Origin: Octopus bimaculoides
Taxonomy: Eukaryota
DNA: 53,605 nt
NCBI RefSeq assembly: GCF_001194135.2
Contig: NC_068988.1
Coordinates: 31,078,986-31,132,590, forward strand
Reading direction: 5' to 3'
Numbering within the stretch: the first letter of the stretch is position 1; every line of letters begins with the position of its first letter. Shown here piece after piece: positions 10,201 to 21,634 of this stretch. The notes below the pieces were generated by a model. The model was not told the origin of the DNA and made no database searches. It saw nothing but the letters and a program-made list of their open reading frames with translations. Made by a program: the position numbers and the translations under genes.

Positions 10201-10764
10201 CCCTGCTAATTAAATTACTATGTAATATCTTTCGAGTAATAATATTTAGAGTAGTAGTAGTAGTAATAACAATGATGATGATGATGATGATGATGATGAT
10301 AATAATAATAATAATAGCTTACATGCAAAAGAAATAAAAAAAAAACTCACAAGAAATAGAAATAAATATAGTTTTAGTATTTTAGTTTTTATTGTTGTTT
10401 TTTGTTCATTCAATGCAGATATGATAGCATTAAGCATGAGCAATGTGTTGTTCTGTTTTACGATCGCACTTTCTTATGTTGAAAGCACTCAATGAAATAT
10501 ACGAGTAGTGCCTTGTTGTGCTAGCTTCTCTGTATATTATGTGTTTTTGAGTAAACCCTGTGGTTTTCGATATATATTTGCATAATTTGTTTCGTTATGC
10601 ACATGATATAAGAATTATTTCTGTTTCCAATACCCACATGTCAGTTATCTCTATTTCCAGATCCTTTTATTTGAATAACTTACCAATTCATTTTAGTGAG
10701 ATATTATCATCTGTTGGGAGTGAAATTTCGATCCATTGAAGCTTATATTCCTGGTGGTTGTTGA

Positions 10765-10851
<87 letters not shown>

Positions 10852-11395
10852 NNNNNNNNNNNNNNNNNNNNNNNNNNNNNNNNNNNNNNNNNNNNNNNNN
10901 NNNNNNNNNNNNNNNNNNNNNNNNNNNNNNNNNNNNNNNNNNNNNNNNNNNNNNNNNNNNNNNNNNNNNNNNNNNNNNNNNNNNNNNNNNNNNNNNNNNN
11001 NNNNNNNNNNNNNNNNNNNNNNNNNNNNNNNNNNNNNNNNNNNNNNNNNNNNNNNNNNNNNNNNNNNNNNNNNNNNNNNNNNNNNNNNNNNNNNNNNNNN
11101 NNNNNNNNNNNNNNNNNNNNNNNNNNNNNNNNNNNNNNNNNNNNNNNNNNNNNNNNNNNNNNNNNNNNNNNNNNNNNNNNNNNNNNNNNNNNNNNNNNNN
11201 NNNNNNNNNNNNNNNNNNNNNNNNNNNNNNNNNNNNNNNNNNNNNNNNNNNNNNNNNNNNNNNNNNNNNNNNNNNNNNNNNNNNNNNNNNNNNNNNNNNN
11301 NNNNNNNNNNNNNNNNNNNNNNNNNNNNNNNNNNNNNNNNNNNNNNNNNNNNNNNNNNNNNNNNNNNNNTATTATTATTATTATTATTATTATTA

Positions 11396-11607
11396 AGGCA
11401 GTGAGGTGGCAGAATCGTTGGTACGCCGGTCGAAATGCTTAACGTTATTTCGTCTGTCTTCGTGTTCTGAGTTCAAATTCCGTCGAGGTCGACTTTGCCT
11501 TTCATCCTTTCGGGGTCGATAAATTAAGTACCAATGAAACACTGGGATCGATGTAACCGACTTGTCTCCTCCCCAAAATTTCAGGCCTTGTGCTTATAGA
11601 AGAAAGG

Positions 11608-11652
<45 letters not shown>
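11396..11652 (+). mobile_element. SINE family A, near full length, with (ATT)n tail
   Basis: ggcagaatcgttggtacgccgg...gagttcaaattcc...cctttcatcctttcggggtcgataaa; similar copies recur at least 8 times in the window. Confidence 0.85.
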
Positions 11653-11653
<1 letters not shown>

Positions 11654-11782
11654 TTGATTTTTTTCTCAGGATGGTTCTTATAACCTGGTCACTTTCCTGC
11701 TCCGGTAGCGGGATACAACTCGTGGCCGTAGGTGTCAAACAGCCACCTCCCTGTCATTTCTCTTCCTTTTAGTCCATCTTAC

Positions 11783-11853
11783 CATCGAGTGCCCTTCGTA
11801 ATATTTTATCTGATCCCAATAAGCAAACTCTTTACTATTATTAAGACTTCTGG
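11783..11853 (-). CDS. Candidate internal exon A3 of an unassigned minus-strand gene
   Basis: Branch-like actaat plus gtttctgtcAG acceptor; (A)RSLNNSKEFAYWDQIKYYEGHSM; donor GTAAGA; phase 1 to 0. No protein family recognised. Confidence 0.5.
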
Positions 11854-12361
11854 CTGACAGAAACATTAGTGTGTTGGACAAAATGCTTAGGAGCATTCTT
11901 TCCCGTTCTTTACGTTTTGATTTCAAATTCTATCTGTTGTATTCCTCTCGGGAGACTCGCAGAGAAAAGACAACGAGTTGTACAATTTAATTATTACATT
12001 TATTTAGTGATTACAAACAAAGAACGCACTCACCAAATGTTCGTCATTAATAAACAAGAATCATGTCCTCGCCATATTATCAATAACCTTTTACTTCTAC
12101 AGTCATTCAAAACAACAAAATGAAAACAAGGACCTCAGACGAACAAACAAACAAATCCAGCAGTCCATATAACACCATCCTTCTGGGGTCGCTAAAATAT
12201 AATAGCAGTTGAACACTGGGGTTGATATAATTTACTTACAGCTCTCCCAGTGAGCTTGCAAAATCGTTAGTACGCCGAGCAAAACGCTTGGCGGCATTTC
12301 GACTGTCTACGGAGGAATATTTACTTTAATTGTCGCTGTCATTTTAATTGAAATATTTTCT

Positions 12362-12445
<84 letters not shown>

Positions 12446-12731
12446 TTATGGCACCGTATGCATCATTTTAAAAACAAAGGTGTAATTTAAAGTCTAAATT
12501 GTCAGAGATGCACCTGCAAATAAACCAATCCCTCAATAATTGGAATACAAATACACAATGGTGCACCTCAAGAATATCCATGACACAATATAGACGGGTC
12601 ATCAATGTTTGATGTAACTTTCGGCGATATGTGATTGAGTGATAGTCAAGTTCTCATGATTTGCAAGTGTTGGTCTTCTTCAGTAATATTCCTCCTCCAA
12701 ATCGCTGACAGTCATCCACAACCCCACTCAC

Positions 12732-12786
12732 CTTCAAGGCTATCATCTCCGCTACGAGATTTTAGAATCAACAGGTGTACGCTCCT
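12732..12786 (-). CDS. Candidate internal exon A2 of the same gene
   Basis: ttggctAG acceptor; RSVHLLILKSRSGDDSLE plus 1 nt; donor GTGAGT; phase 0 to 1, compatible with A3. Confidence 0.42.
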
Positions 12787-12852
12787 CTAGCCAAATGGTT
12801 GTTTGATTTAAAAACAATTTTCGTAGTTTTGTGTTCTGTTTTGAAGTCATAC

Positions 12853-12905
12853 AGTAGAAATGATAGAGCTTGATTTTATCTTTTCATCACTTTTAATTTG
12901 ATAGC
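12853..12905 (-). CDS. Candidate internal exon A1 of the same gene
   Basis: Strong acceptor tgtttattcttgtttattttAG; (x)YQIKSDEKIKSSSIIST; donor GTATGA; phase 1 to 0; 66-nt intron to A2. Confidence 0.4.
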
Positions 12906-13059
12906 CTAAAATAAACAAGAATAAACAGTGAAAGCAATATCATCCACATAAATCAATCGATCGAAAACTGGTAAAGACATCCAAAGTGCCAGGTGATAGT
13001 GTTAAACGGGCTGATGGGGCAGGGTTACTAAGCTTGTTGGTCATGGCAGTCTTGGAACT

Positions 13060-13280
13060 TAGAAAGCAAAATGCTAGAAGAAATACTGCAAGGCATCTAT
13101 ACCAATGATTTTATAGTCCCAGCAGTCTTCCGCATTAGACTGGTACTCTTTTCTTAAACTCCGCAAGGGTGAAAAGTAAAATTAACCTCAGTGGGATTCG
13201 AACTTAGAGCGGTGTAAATCAGAAGAAATACGCGAATTATTTTGTTAGATGCTGTAACAAGTCTGCCAATTCGTCGCTGT
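13060..13280 (-). mobile_element. SINE family A, diverged copy
   Basis: Reverse complement carries gacgaattggcagac, aagttcgaatccc and aagagtaccagtc, homologous to family A. Confidence 0.6.
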
Positions 13281-13658
13281 AAACGAGAAGCCAGTCCGTT
13301 GCAGGGTTAACTCCAGGGACAAATTGACGTTCTGCAAGGTCAACTTCAGTCCACTCTGCAGAAAATGAACACCAGTTATTACTGCTACACATTTTTAGTG
13401 GAGCCGACTGGAGAAACGCATAAAATGAGGTGTTTCACTTAAAGCCATAACACGTCACCCTGTCTAACAATCGGTCAACTTAACGGTCGAGAATCTAACA
13501 CTCTAACCATTAAGATCCATGCTTTCACAGTAACGAAAATATATTTGTAAAACGGTAAATATCTTTCGATATCCGATCGAACGGGTGGTCTAAAGTCTCC
13601 CATGGTTTTACTACGGAATCTTGCGTACCATTGTATAATACATGCTGCGTGTTCATGC

Positions 13659-13714
13659 ATGGAAATAATACAAGAAACGAACTTTAAAGATAATAGTAAA
13701 ACTTTATTTCTCCG
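13659..13714 (+). CDS. Candidate first coding exon of an unassigned plus-strand gene
   Basis: MEIIQETNFKDNSKTLFL plus CG, then perfect donor GTAAGT (13715). In-frame ATG also at 13602. Phase 2. Confidence 0.3.
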
Positions 13715-13984
13715 GTAAGTAGCACAGTAGACAAGTAAAAAACATCACGAATTCTGGTGGTTGTATAGTTCATCGATCGTTTGGATAATTCAGCTCGGGT
13801 CGTCGTTGCTTACATGTGCTCCGTTATATTAATTTTGCTTTGATGAATAGCGGCTGGAAAACAACACGACTCACCTTCATGAAAATCGCTCACCCCTCTG
13901 AACTCAATTTATTACAAAGATTTATAGAAAAAAAGTAGGCACCAGAGCACATACCGATTAGTTGTTTGAGAATATATAACGATC

Positions 13985-14035
13985 CAAATCTCGCGCAATC
14001 CCCAACCAATCAAACGCAGGACTCAACCAATATTC
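13985..14035. promoter_or_regulatory. Promoter-like element: tandem CCAAT boxes plus TCTCGCG in a CpG-richer patch
   Basis: AACCAATCA (14004-14012) and AACCAATAT (14025-14033), 21 bp apart; TCTCGCG at 13989-13995. A minus-strand ATGAAG|GTGAGT lies ~110 bp away (13875-13880). Motif match only. Confidence 0.35.
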
Positions 14036-14229
14036 AAAACTCACATGATGGATAAAGCGACTAATCATTACAGATTAACGCGCTGAGCCTATATCAGTTT
14101 AATGTATTGAATATGTCATAAAGAAAATTGGTCTCGCAACACCATATTTATTATACGAAAGGGGGGATTAGTATCAATAGTCTTCATGACTTTTAGAAAT
14201 TACTGTCAATATAAGAAATGTAGAAAACA

Positions 14230-14445
14230 GCGTGGAGCTGGCAGAATCACTACTGCGCCGGGCAAAATGCTTAGTAGCGGCATTTCGTCCGTCTTTATGT
14301 CCTGAGTTTAAATTTCGCCGAGATCGACTGTGCCTTTCATACTTTCGAAGTCGATAAAATAAGTACCAGTCGAGTACTGGGTCAATGTAATCGACTTACT
14401 CCCTTCCCCTAAACTTGCTGGCCTTGTGCCAAAATTTGAAACCAA
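14230..14445 (+). mobile_element. SINE family A, full-length-like copy
   Basis: gagctggcagaatc...gagtttaaatttcgccgag...gtcgataaaataagtaccag...gtgccaaaatttgaaacc. Confidence 0.85.
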
Positions 14446-15127
14446 TGTAAGAAAGACTGTCTCTGTTTGGAACTTGTATCAAAATTTAAATGACAAGAAG
14501 TTTTCCTCCTAAGGGAGAGTACTCAGATTATATCGCTAATAACAAGTTCTATTATCTCCCATGACTACGTTTATTCACTTTTAGCTCAATATGGCATAAC
14601 TACAGATTCCTACACCCACCCGACTTTGCATGATCATAACTTTCAGAAAATGGATATTCTTTAATGAAATTTTCTACAAATATGTGTTATATCATATAGA
14701 TTCCGAATATATAAAACTATTTGGTGAAAATGTTTTAGGAGGGGGTGAGGTGGGGAATTTCGGAAAATTTACCGGCGTCCACTTCATTTCGTTTTAACTT
14801 TCAAGAAAATAGATATTTTTTAATGAAATTTTCTACATATATACCTCGGACTATATAGATTCCGAGATCATAGGAATTTTGGGGGAAAACAATTGGGAGT
14901 TATTTTTGAGAACCGTTCCCCACTCGGGGTTGTTTCGGAACAAGTCCATATTTGTTTCATTTTCTCCGTTTTGTGCGTTTGTGCATCCGTAGATTTCTAC
15001 TGAAGTAGCAGGCAATGAAGCTGTTACCAGAAAACTCGTTATGCTAAAAATACCAGCTAAACGTCTAAACGTTTCTAATAGAAAGACATTGAATAGAATA
15101 ATTCCCCGTTTGAACTTTTTAAATTAC

Positions 15128-15169
<42 letters not shown>

Positions 15170-16641
15170 GTAAAAGAAAATCATTAAATAACACAAAATT
15201 ATGTTATTAAAATAAATTAACTGTAACATGCCTTTAAATTATTGCGGATAAGTTTGCGCCATGTGCTTTACAAACGTAAAGTAATTCTCCCAGGCATTGC
15301 CACATTTCATTCCATAATAATTCCTGTAGATGGCCTCATCGACATGCGATGAGGGGTTGTGGATATGTCGCAAAGGGTTACNNNNNNNNNNNNNNNNNNN
15401 NNNNNNNNNNNNNNNNNNNNNNNNNNNNNNNNNNNNNNNNNNNNNNNNNNNNNNNNNNNNNNNNNNNNNNNNNNNNNNNNNNNNNNNNNNNNNNNNNNNN
15501 NNNNNNNNNNNNNNNNNNNNNNNNNNNNNNNNNNNNNNNNNNNNNNNNNNNNNNNNNNNNNNNNNNNNNNNNNNNNNNNNNNNNNNNNNNNNNNNNNNNN
15601 NNNNNNNNNNNNNNNNNNNNNNNNNNNNNNNNNNNNNNNNNNNNNNNNNNNNNNNNNNNNNNNNNNNNNNNNNNNNNNNNNNNNNNNNNNNNNNNNNNNN
15701 NNNNNNNNNNNNNNNNNNNNNNNNNNNNNNNNNNNNNNNNNNNNNNNNNNNNNNNNNNNNNNNNNNNNNNNNNNNNNNNNNNNNNNNNNNNNNNNNNNNN
15801 NNNNNNNNNNNNNNNNNNNNNNNNNNNNNNNNNNNNNNNNNNNNNNNNNNNNNNNNNNNNNNNNNNNNNNNNNNNNNNNNNNNNNNNNNNNNNNNNNNNN
15901 NNNNNNNNNNNNNNNNNNNNNNNNNNNNNNNNNNNNNNNNNNNNNNNNNNNNNNNNNNNNNNNNNNNNNNNNNNNNNNNNNNNNNNNNNNNNNNNNNNNN
16001 NNNNNNNNNNNNNNNNNNNNNNNNNNNNNNNNNNNNNNNNNNNNNNNNNNNNNNNNNNNNNNNNNNNNNNNNNNNNNNNNNNNNNNNNNNNNNNNNNNNN
16101 NNNNNNNNNNNNNNNNNNNNNNNNNNNNNNNNNNNNNNNNNNNNNNNNNNNNNNNNNNNNNNCACACACACACACACGCTTGACTGTTGGTTGCTCCTTA
16201 TTTACTTAATCGATAATTTAATATAATATACGTATAACAATTAAAATTTTAAAGTAGCAAGTTACACAAAGTTTTAGAAAGAAAATGAACGAAAAAATAA
16301 TTGTAGCGATAGCTCAGGAAGGTAGCGTAATTTATTGCTGTTTATATAATCCAGAATACTTCTCATAGAATGCTCTACCAGCGCTGATCTTGAACTAAAA
16401 CAACGGCGATATCAACAACGCATTTATGAAACGCAAAATGTCTTTCGATAGTCAGTCAATGTCATAAGTGATAAAAAGTAGTTGCGAGGTCAACACAGTT
16501 TTGGAACATTCCTCTTTGATTTCTTATGAAGAAGTAAATTGTATCCCAAGGAAAACTACTCTATCTTCGGCGATTATCGATGCCTTCTGTTACCTCCCTT
16601 GAATATTTGTGTACTTTAAATGCAATATATAGTTTTACAAA

Positions 16642-16850
16642 AGCGACAAGCTGGCAGAATCGTTAGCACGCCAGGTTAAAACGCTTAGCGGCCTTTCGTC
16701 CTTCTCTACGATCGCAGTTCAAATTCCGCCGTGGTCAACTTTGCTTTCATCCTTTCGGGGTCGATAAAAAAAGAACCGGTCGACGGTGGGGTCGATGTAA
16801 TCGACTTGTCCCCTCCCCTGAAATTGTTTACCTCATGCCAAATTTGAAAT
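16642..16850 (+). mobile_element. SINE family A, full-length-like copy
   Basis: aagctggcagaatcgttagcacgcc...cagttcaaattccgcc...ctttcggggtcgataa. Confidence 0.85.
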
Positions 16851-17018
16851 CAGTTTATAGTTTTACTTTTCTAGAAGTAAAAGCTATAGAACTTATTCAC
16901 GTTTTGTGAAAATAATTAAAAGTTGATACGATATGCGTTAAAAAGAAATGTTTTATGACTTCTAATGTGACCCATCTAATGATGGAACTTATGTAATAAT
17001 TTCTTTTATTTGTATCAG

Positions 17019-17045
17019 AGGCCTAGATGAGGGAGACATCACAAG
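17019..17045 (+). CDS. Candidate 27-nt micro-exon
   Basis: Acceptor tttcttttatttgtatcAG and donor AAG|GTTAGT. Only the phase-2 frame is open (GLDEGDIT). Joined to 13659-13714 it gives KTLFLRGLDEGDIT, loosely RNP2-like. Confidence 0.33.
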
Positions 17046-17314
17046 GTTAGTCTAAAATTTATGTAGGGGTTTATATTAAAGATGAAAGGGAAGAATCAGT
17101 GAAATGAGATAAAACTATACATAGTATACAAGGTATGTGAATGATGTCCTCTAGATACAGAAACTCCAACCAGGGCTAATCATGGAACCCCTTAGATCCA
17201 GGATTACCCTGACCACCAAAGGCATGATCACTCCTCCAACTGTTGTTCTCCATTGTACAGGCACATGCTTAATGCAAATCCATTCACCCTAATCATCTTT
17301 GTCACAGTCACCCA

Positions 17315-17722
17315 TAAAAAAATGGTTTCAAATTTTGGCACAAGGCCAGTAAGTTCAGAGTAGCGGCTAACTCAAATAAAATCGCCCCCAGTGTTCGATT
17401 GGTACTTATTTTATCGACACAAAAAGGCTGAAAGGCAAAGCCAACCTCGACGAAATTTGAATTCAGGTCGTTGGGGACGGACAAAATGCCTCTAAACATA
17501 TAATTCTTTCTACTATAGGTACAAAGTTTGCAATTTTGTGGTAATTTGGTGGGAGGATTAGTCGATTACAACCGCCCCAGCGCTAAGCTGGTACTTATTT
17601 TATCGACCCCGAAAGGGCGAAAGGCAAAGTCGACCATAGCGGAATTTGAATTCGGAATGTAAAAACGGCCGAAATGCCGCTAAGCATTTTTCCCGGCGTG
17701 CAAACGATTCTGTCAGCTCACC
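17315..17722 (-). mobile_element. Two tandem SINE family A copies (about 17315-17498 and 17503-17722)
   Basis: Both contain ggtacttattttatcgac...gaaaggc(g)aaag...gaatttgaa, the reverse complement of the family A core. Confidence 0.85.
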
Positions 17723-18167
17723 AATAACAAAAAAAAAAACAAAACAAAAACACCTGCTATTTTGACTCCGAAAGAATGAATGGAAAAGTCGATCCAGGTG
17801 GAATTTGAAGATATAATCTTTGTTACGAGCTCCTGCATCCTGACTTTTCAAGTGTCTTTTACTTTCTTGGCCTTCTTTTCCCACTAGTGCCCTCAAATAA
17901 TAATTTGTATTCCTCCAGGTGAGGAGCTTCTAGGTAGTCTTAGTTCTGCGTGAAATGGCCGCATCCCCACATTCTCGACTCACACCTTATAGTTTATAAA
18001 AGAAAGGATAGAGATAATATAAGTCCTACAAACTGTCCGAAGAAAAAAGATGGAATTGTTACATCTGGAATGACAGCGATCAGGTCTAACTTGAACAAGA
18101 ACATGAACAAGAATAAAATTCACCATCACCACCACTATCATCATCATCATCATCATCATCATCATCG

Positions 18168-18216
<49 letters not shown>

Positions 18217-18576
18217 TATCATCATCATCAAAATTCACCACCACCACCACCACTCGGTATACATAAGCACCAGAATAAAGCGATAGTCGAATACAGAGCG
18301 TAATAATAAATTAATAAATTAAAAAGAACAGGAGAACAAGTAATTCATTAGCTTACTGCTGTTTCTACTATAAGATGCAGTGCACTCAAAGCTGCATGCG
18401 TGTTCATCACCTTATAGCAGAAGCAAATTTATACTAATGAAATTCATTGCATAATCTCATGTTCCTTTGCCATTTAATTATATATATATACATAATGCAC
18501 ATACATACATGCATACACACACACACACACAGTCACACAGACACACACACAGTCACACAGACACACACGCACACAC

Positions 18577-18625
<49 letters not shown>

Positions 18626-20121
18626 GTATGATTAATTTATAGAATGAAGTTCTACAAATCTAATCATATTTGTCAAAAATGGAGAAGGAGATAAGATGTT
18701 AAAAAGTTATAAGAAGTTTATTCATGCATACAATTGTTTCGTACATAGATATAAATTCATATTTGAATTTGAAAATTATTATTGTACTCATCAATACAGA
18801 AAGAAAATAGTAATAGAAACTTAAAAAAAGAGCATAGAAGTTGGATCTATGAGTTTTATGTTTATCTGTTTCTATCTGTGTGCGATAGTGATGGGAGCCA
18901 TGTCAAAATATTCAACCACAACTAACAGATGAACGGTTAGAGGATGATATAAATATAGAGTTATCGATAACATTCTCTCTATAGATTAGTATAGATTTGC
19001 TAATTAAATCTCCATATATGCAGCATAGGGTGAGTAAGTTAGAGAAATATCCAATAAGAAAACGTTACCTAATGTAAATTAAATCTAACCGTTAAAAACA
19101 ATACTTGGTATTTTTTATAAATAATCATGAACAGATGAAGAAAGTTTAGCGTAAAAAAAACAAATTATGTTGGTGAAGCTTATACTAGTAAGGTAATGAA
19201 GTCATTTATGAAAATATAGTGGGAGGGAGAAGAACTAAAAAGACTCTTGTTTAATCAAAATCCGTATTAAGATAACACAGAAGTATAATAAAGGAAAAGA
19301 TGAAGAACGTGGTAATTCAAATGGAAATATGACGATTAAGGTGGTATATACTTACGAAGTCATTGTTAAGAATAGAGATAAGAGAATATATTAGGAGATG
19401 TAGGAAGAAGAGAAATATAGAAGCGATAAGGTAATAAATTAGAGAGGGTGAAAAGGAAACGAAATTTTACTAGTGTAGGGGAGATAAGAAGAAAAAATAA
19501 TACTAATTATCAAGTATAAGATGTAATGAAAGAAGTGAATGTTAAAAATAGAAGAAAAATAGATTAAAGATAAATGTATTGAATGTGTAGGATAATGCTT
19601 AGAAAAGGAATATTTTGTATATATAAAAAGTTATGTCAAGAGTATTATTCTTACTGAGTATTGGTTGATAAGGATATATATGGCTATATATGATCGTAAT
19701 GAATAAAAATATGCGTTATATAGGTTCAATGCATGTAAATATATTAAAAATAATCATTATTATGATCTACGGGTAGATAGATGCACGTGGGGGTACATAT
19801 AAAGTTACAAAGTTATAGGATAAATGCTTATGGATCTATTTTAAAACGGGGGCCACATTTTTCATTAATGTTTTACGTAGTGTTTTTGGTACGGAAAGAC
19901 TTTCAAACTTCGTATACTTATCTATTTTGTGTTATAGAACAGAAAAATATTTTTGTATTCGAATTTATTTCATGTAAAAAATTGTCTTATTTCGATAATT
20001 TCAACCAATCACTGACAAGTATTCAGCTGTTTATATTTACTCCTTTGGCTCATTAAGCGATGTAGAGCGTATTTAATCTCCATACCTTCGTTTTATTTGC
20101 TTTTTTCATTTTAAATTTGCT

Positions 20122-20173
20122 TTAACCCTAACCCTAACCCTAACCCTAGGGTTAGGGTTAGGGTTAGGGTTAA
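20122..20173. repeat. Perfect 52-bp palindrome built from telomeric repeats, (TAACCC)4/(AGGGTT)4
   Basis: ttaaccctaaccctaaccctaaccct|agggttagggttagggttagggttaa; centre between 20147 and 20148; 7 bp from an N-gap. Confidence 0.95.
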
Positions 20174-21634
20174 TTGTTTCNNNNNNNNNNNNNNNNNNNN
20201 NNNNNNNNNNNNNNNNNNNNNNNNNNNNNNNNNNNNNNNNNNNNNNNNNNNNNNNNNNNNNNNNNNNNNNNNNNNNNNNNNNNNNNNNNNNNNNNNNNNN
20301 NNNNNNNNNNNNNNNNNNNNNNNNNNNNNNNNNNNNNNNNNNNNNNNNNNNNNNNNNNNNNNNNNNNNNNNNNNNNNNNNNNNNNNNNNNNNNNNNNNNN
20401 NNNNNNNNNNNNNNNNNNNNNNNNNNNNNNNNNNNNNNNNNNNNNNNNNNNNNNNNNNNNNNNNNNNNNNNNNNNNNNNNNNNNNNNNNNNNNNNNNNNN
20501 NNNNNNNNNNNNNNNNNNNNNNNNNNNNNNNNNNNNNNNNNNNNNNNNNNNNNNNNNNNNNNNNNNNNNNNNNNNNNNNNNNNNNNNNNNNNNNNNNNNN
20601 NNNNNNNNNNNNNNNNNNNNNNNNNNNNNNNNNNNNNNNNNNNNNNNNNNNNNNNNNNNNNNNNNNNNNNNNNNNNNNNNNNNNNNNNNNNNNNNNNNNN
20701 NNNNNNNNNNNNNNNNNNNNNNNNNNNNNNNNNNNNNNNNNNNNNNNNNNNNNNNNNNNNNNNNNNNNNNNNNNNNNNNNNNNNNNNNNNNNNNNNNNNN
20801 NNNNNNNNNNNNNNNNNNNNNNNNNNNNNNNNNNNNNNNNNNNNNNNNNNNNNNNNNNNNNNNNNNNNNNNNNNNNNNNNNNNNNNNNNNNNNNNNNNNN
20901 NNNNNNNNNNNNNNNNNNNNNNNNNNNNNNNNNNNNNNNNNNNNNNNNNNNNNNNNNNNNNNNNNNNNNNNNNNNNNNNNNNNNNNNNNNNNNNNNNNNN
21001 NNNNNNNNNNNNNNNNNNNNNNNNNNNNNNNNNNNNNNNNNNNNNNNNNNNNNNNNNNNNNNNNNNNNNNNNNNNNNNNNNNNNNNNNNNNNNNNNNNNN
21101 NNNNNNNNNNNNNNNNNNNNNNNNNNNNNNNNNNNNNATATACACACATATGTACATACATATACACTTTTTTACACATATATATATACATACATGCTTA
21201 TACACAAAAAACACCTATATACAAACATAAATACACACAGAGGTATACATAGATATGCAGAAATTGATGAAAACATGCACGACCACACTATAACCTACAA
21301 ATGTATATATATACCAGTACTGAAAATATACTTAATTGTAAGATGGAATAACTAATAACATATGTAGCTAATTACATATGCAAGTGAAGTAGATATGTTA
21401 GAAAGCGGGGAGGGGGAGGGAGGAGGAGAAAAATGGAACTACATATACAAAGGTATATAAAGGTATACATAAAAATAGAAATGTATATGTATACTCAAAT
21501 ACAAATACACAGTTACACACACACACACACACATATATATAGTTCAAACTTATAGAAAAACAAAGACGGAGACAGGTGTAGGAACAACAAGAAAGTGTAT
21601 TTATTACTTTGGTGCACGGGAGGAATGGAAAAGT

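Noticed and set aside
10683-10750. Minus-strand EYKLQWIEISLPTDDNISLK* as the last exon of chain A
   Set aside because: The acceptor lacks a pyrimidine tract and a GTAAGT donor follows the stop by only 4 nt. Too ambiguous to call.
20122-20173. Reading the telomeric palindrome as an ancient end-to-end chromosome fusion
   Set aside because: A fusion gives (TTAGGG)n followed by (CCCTAA)n; here the order is reversed, and the array is very short and perfect.
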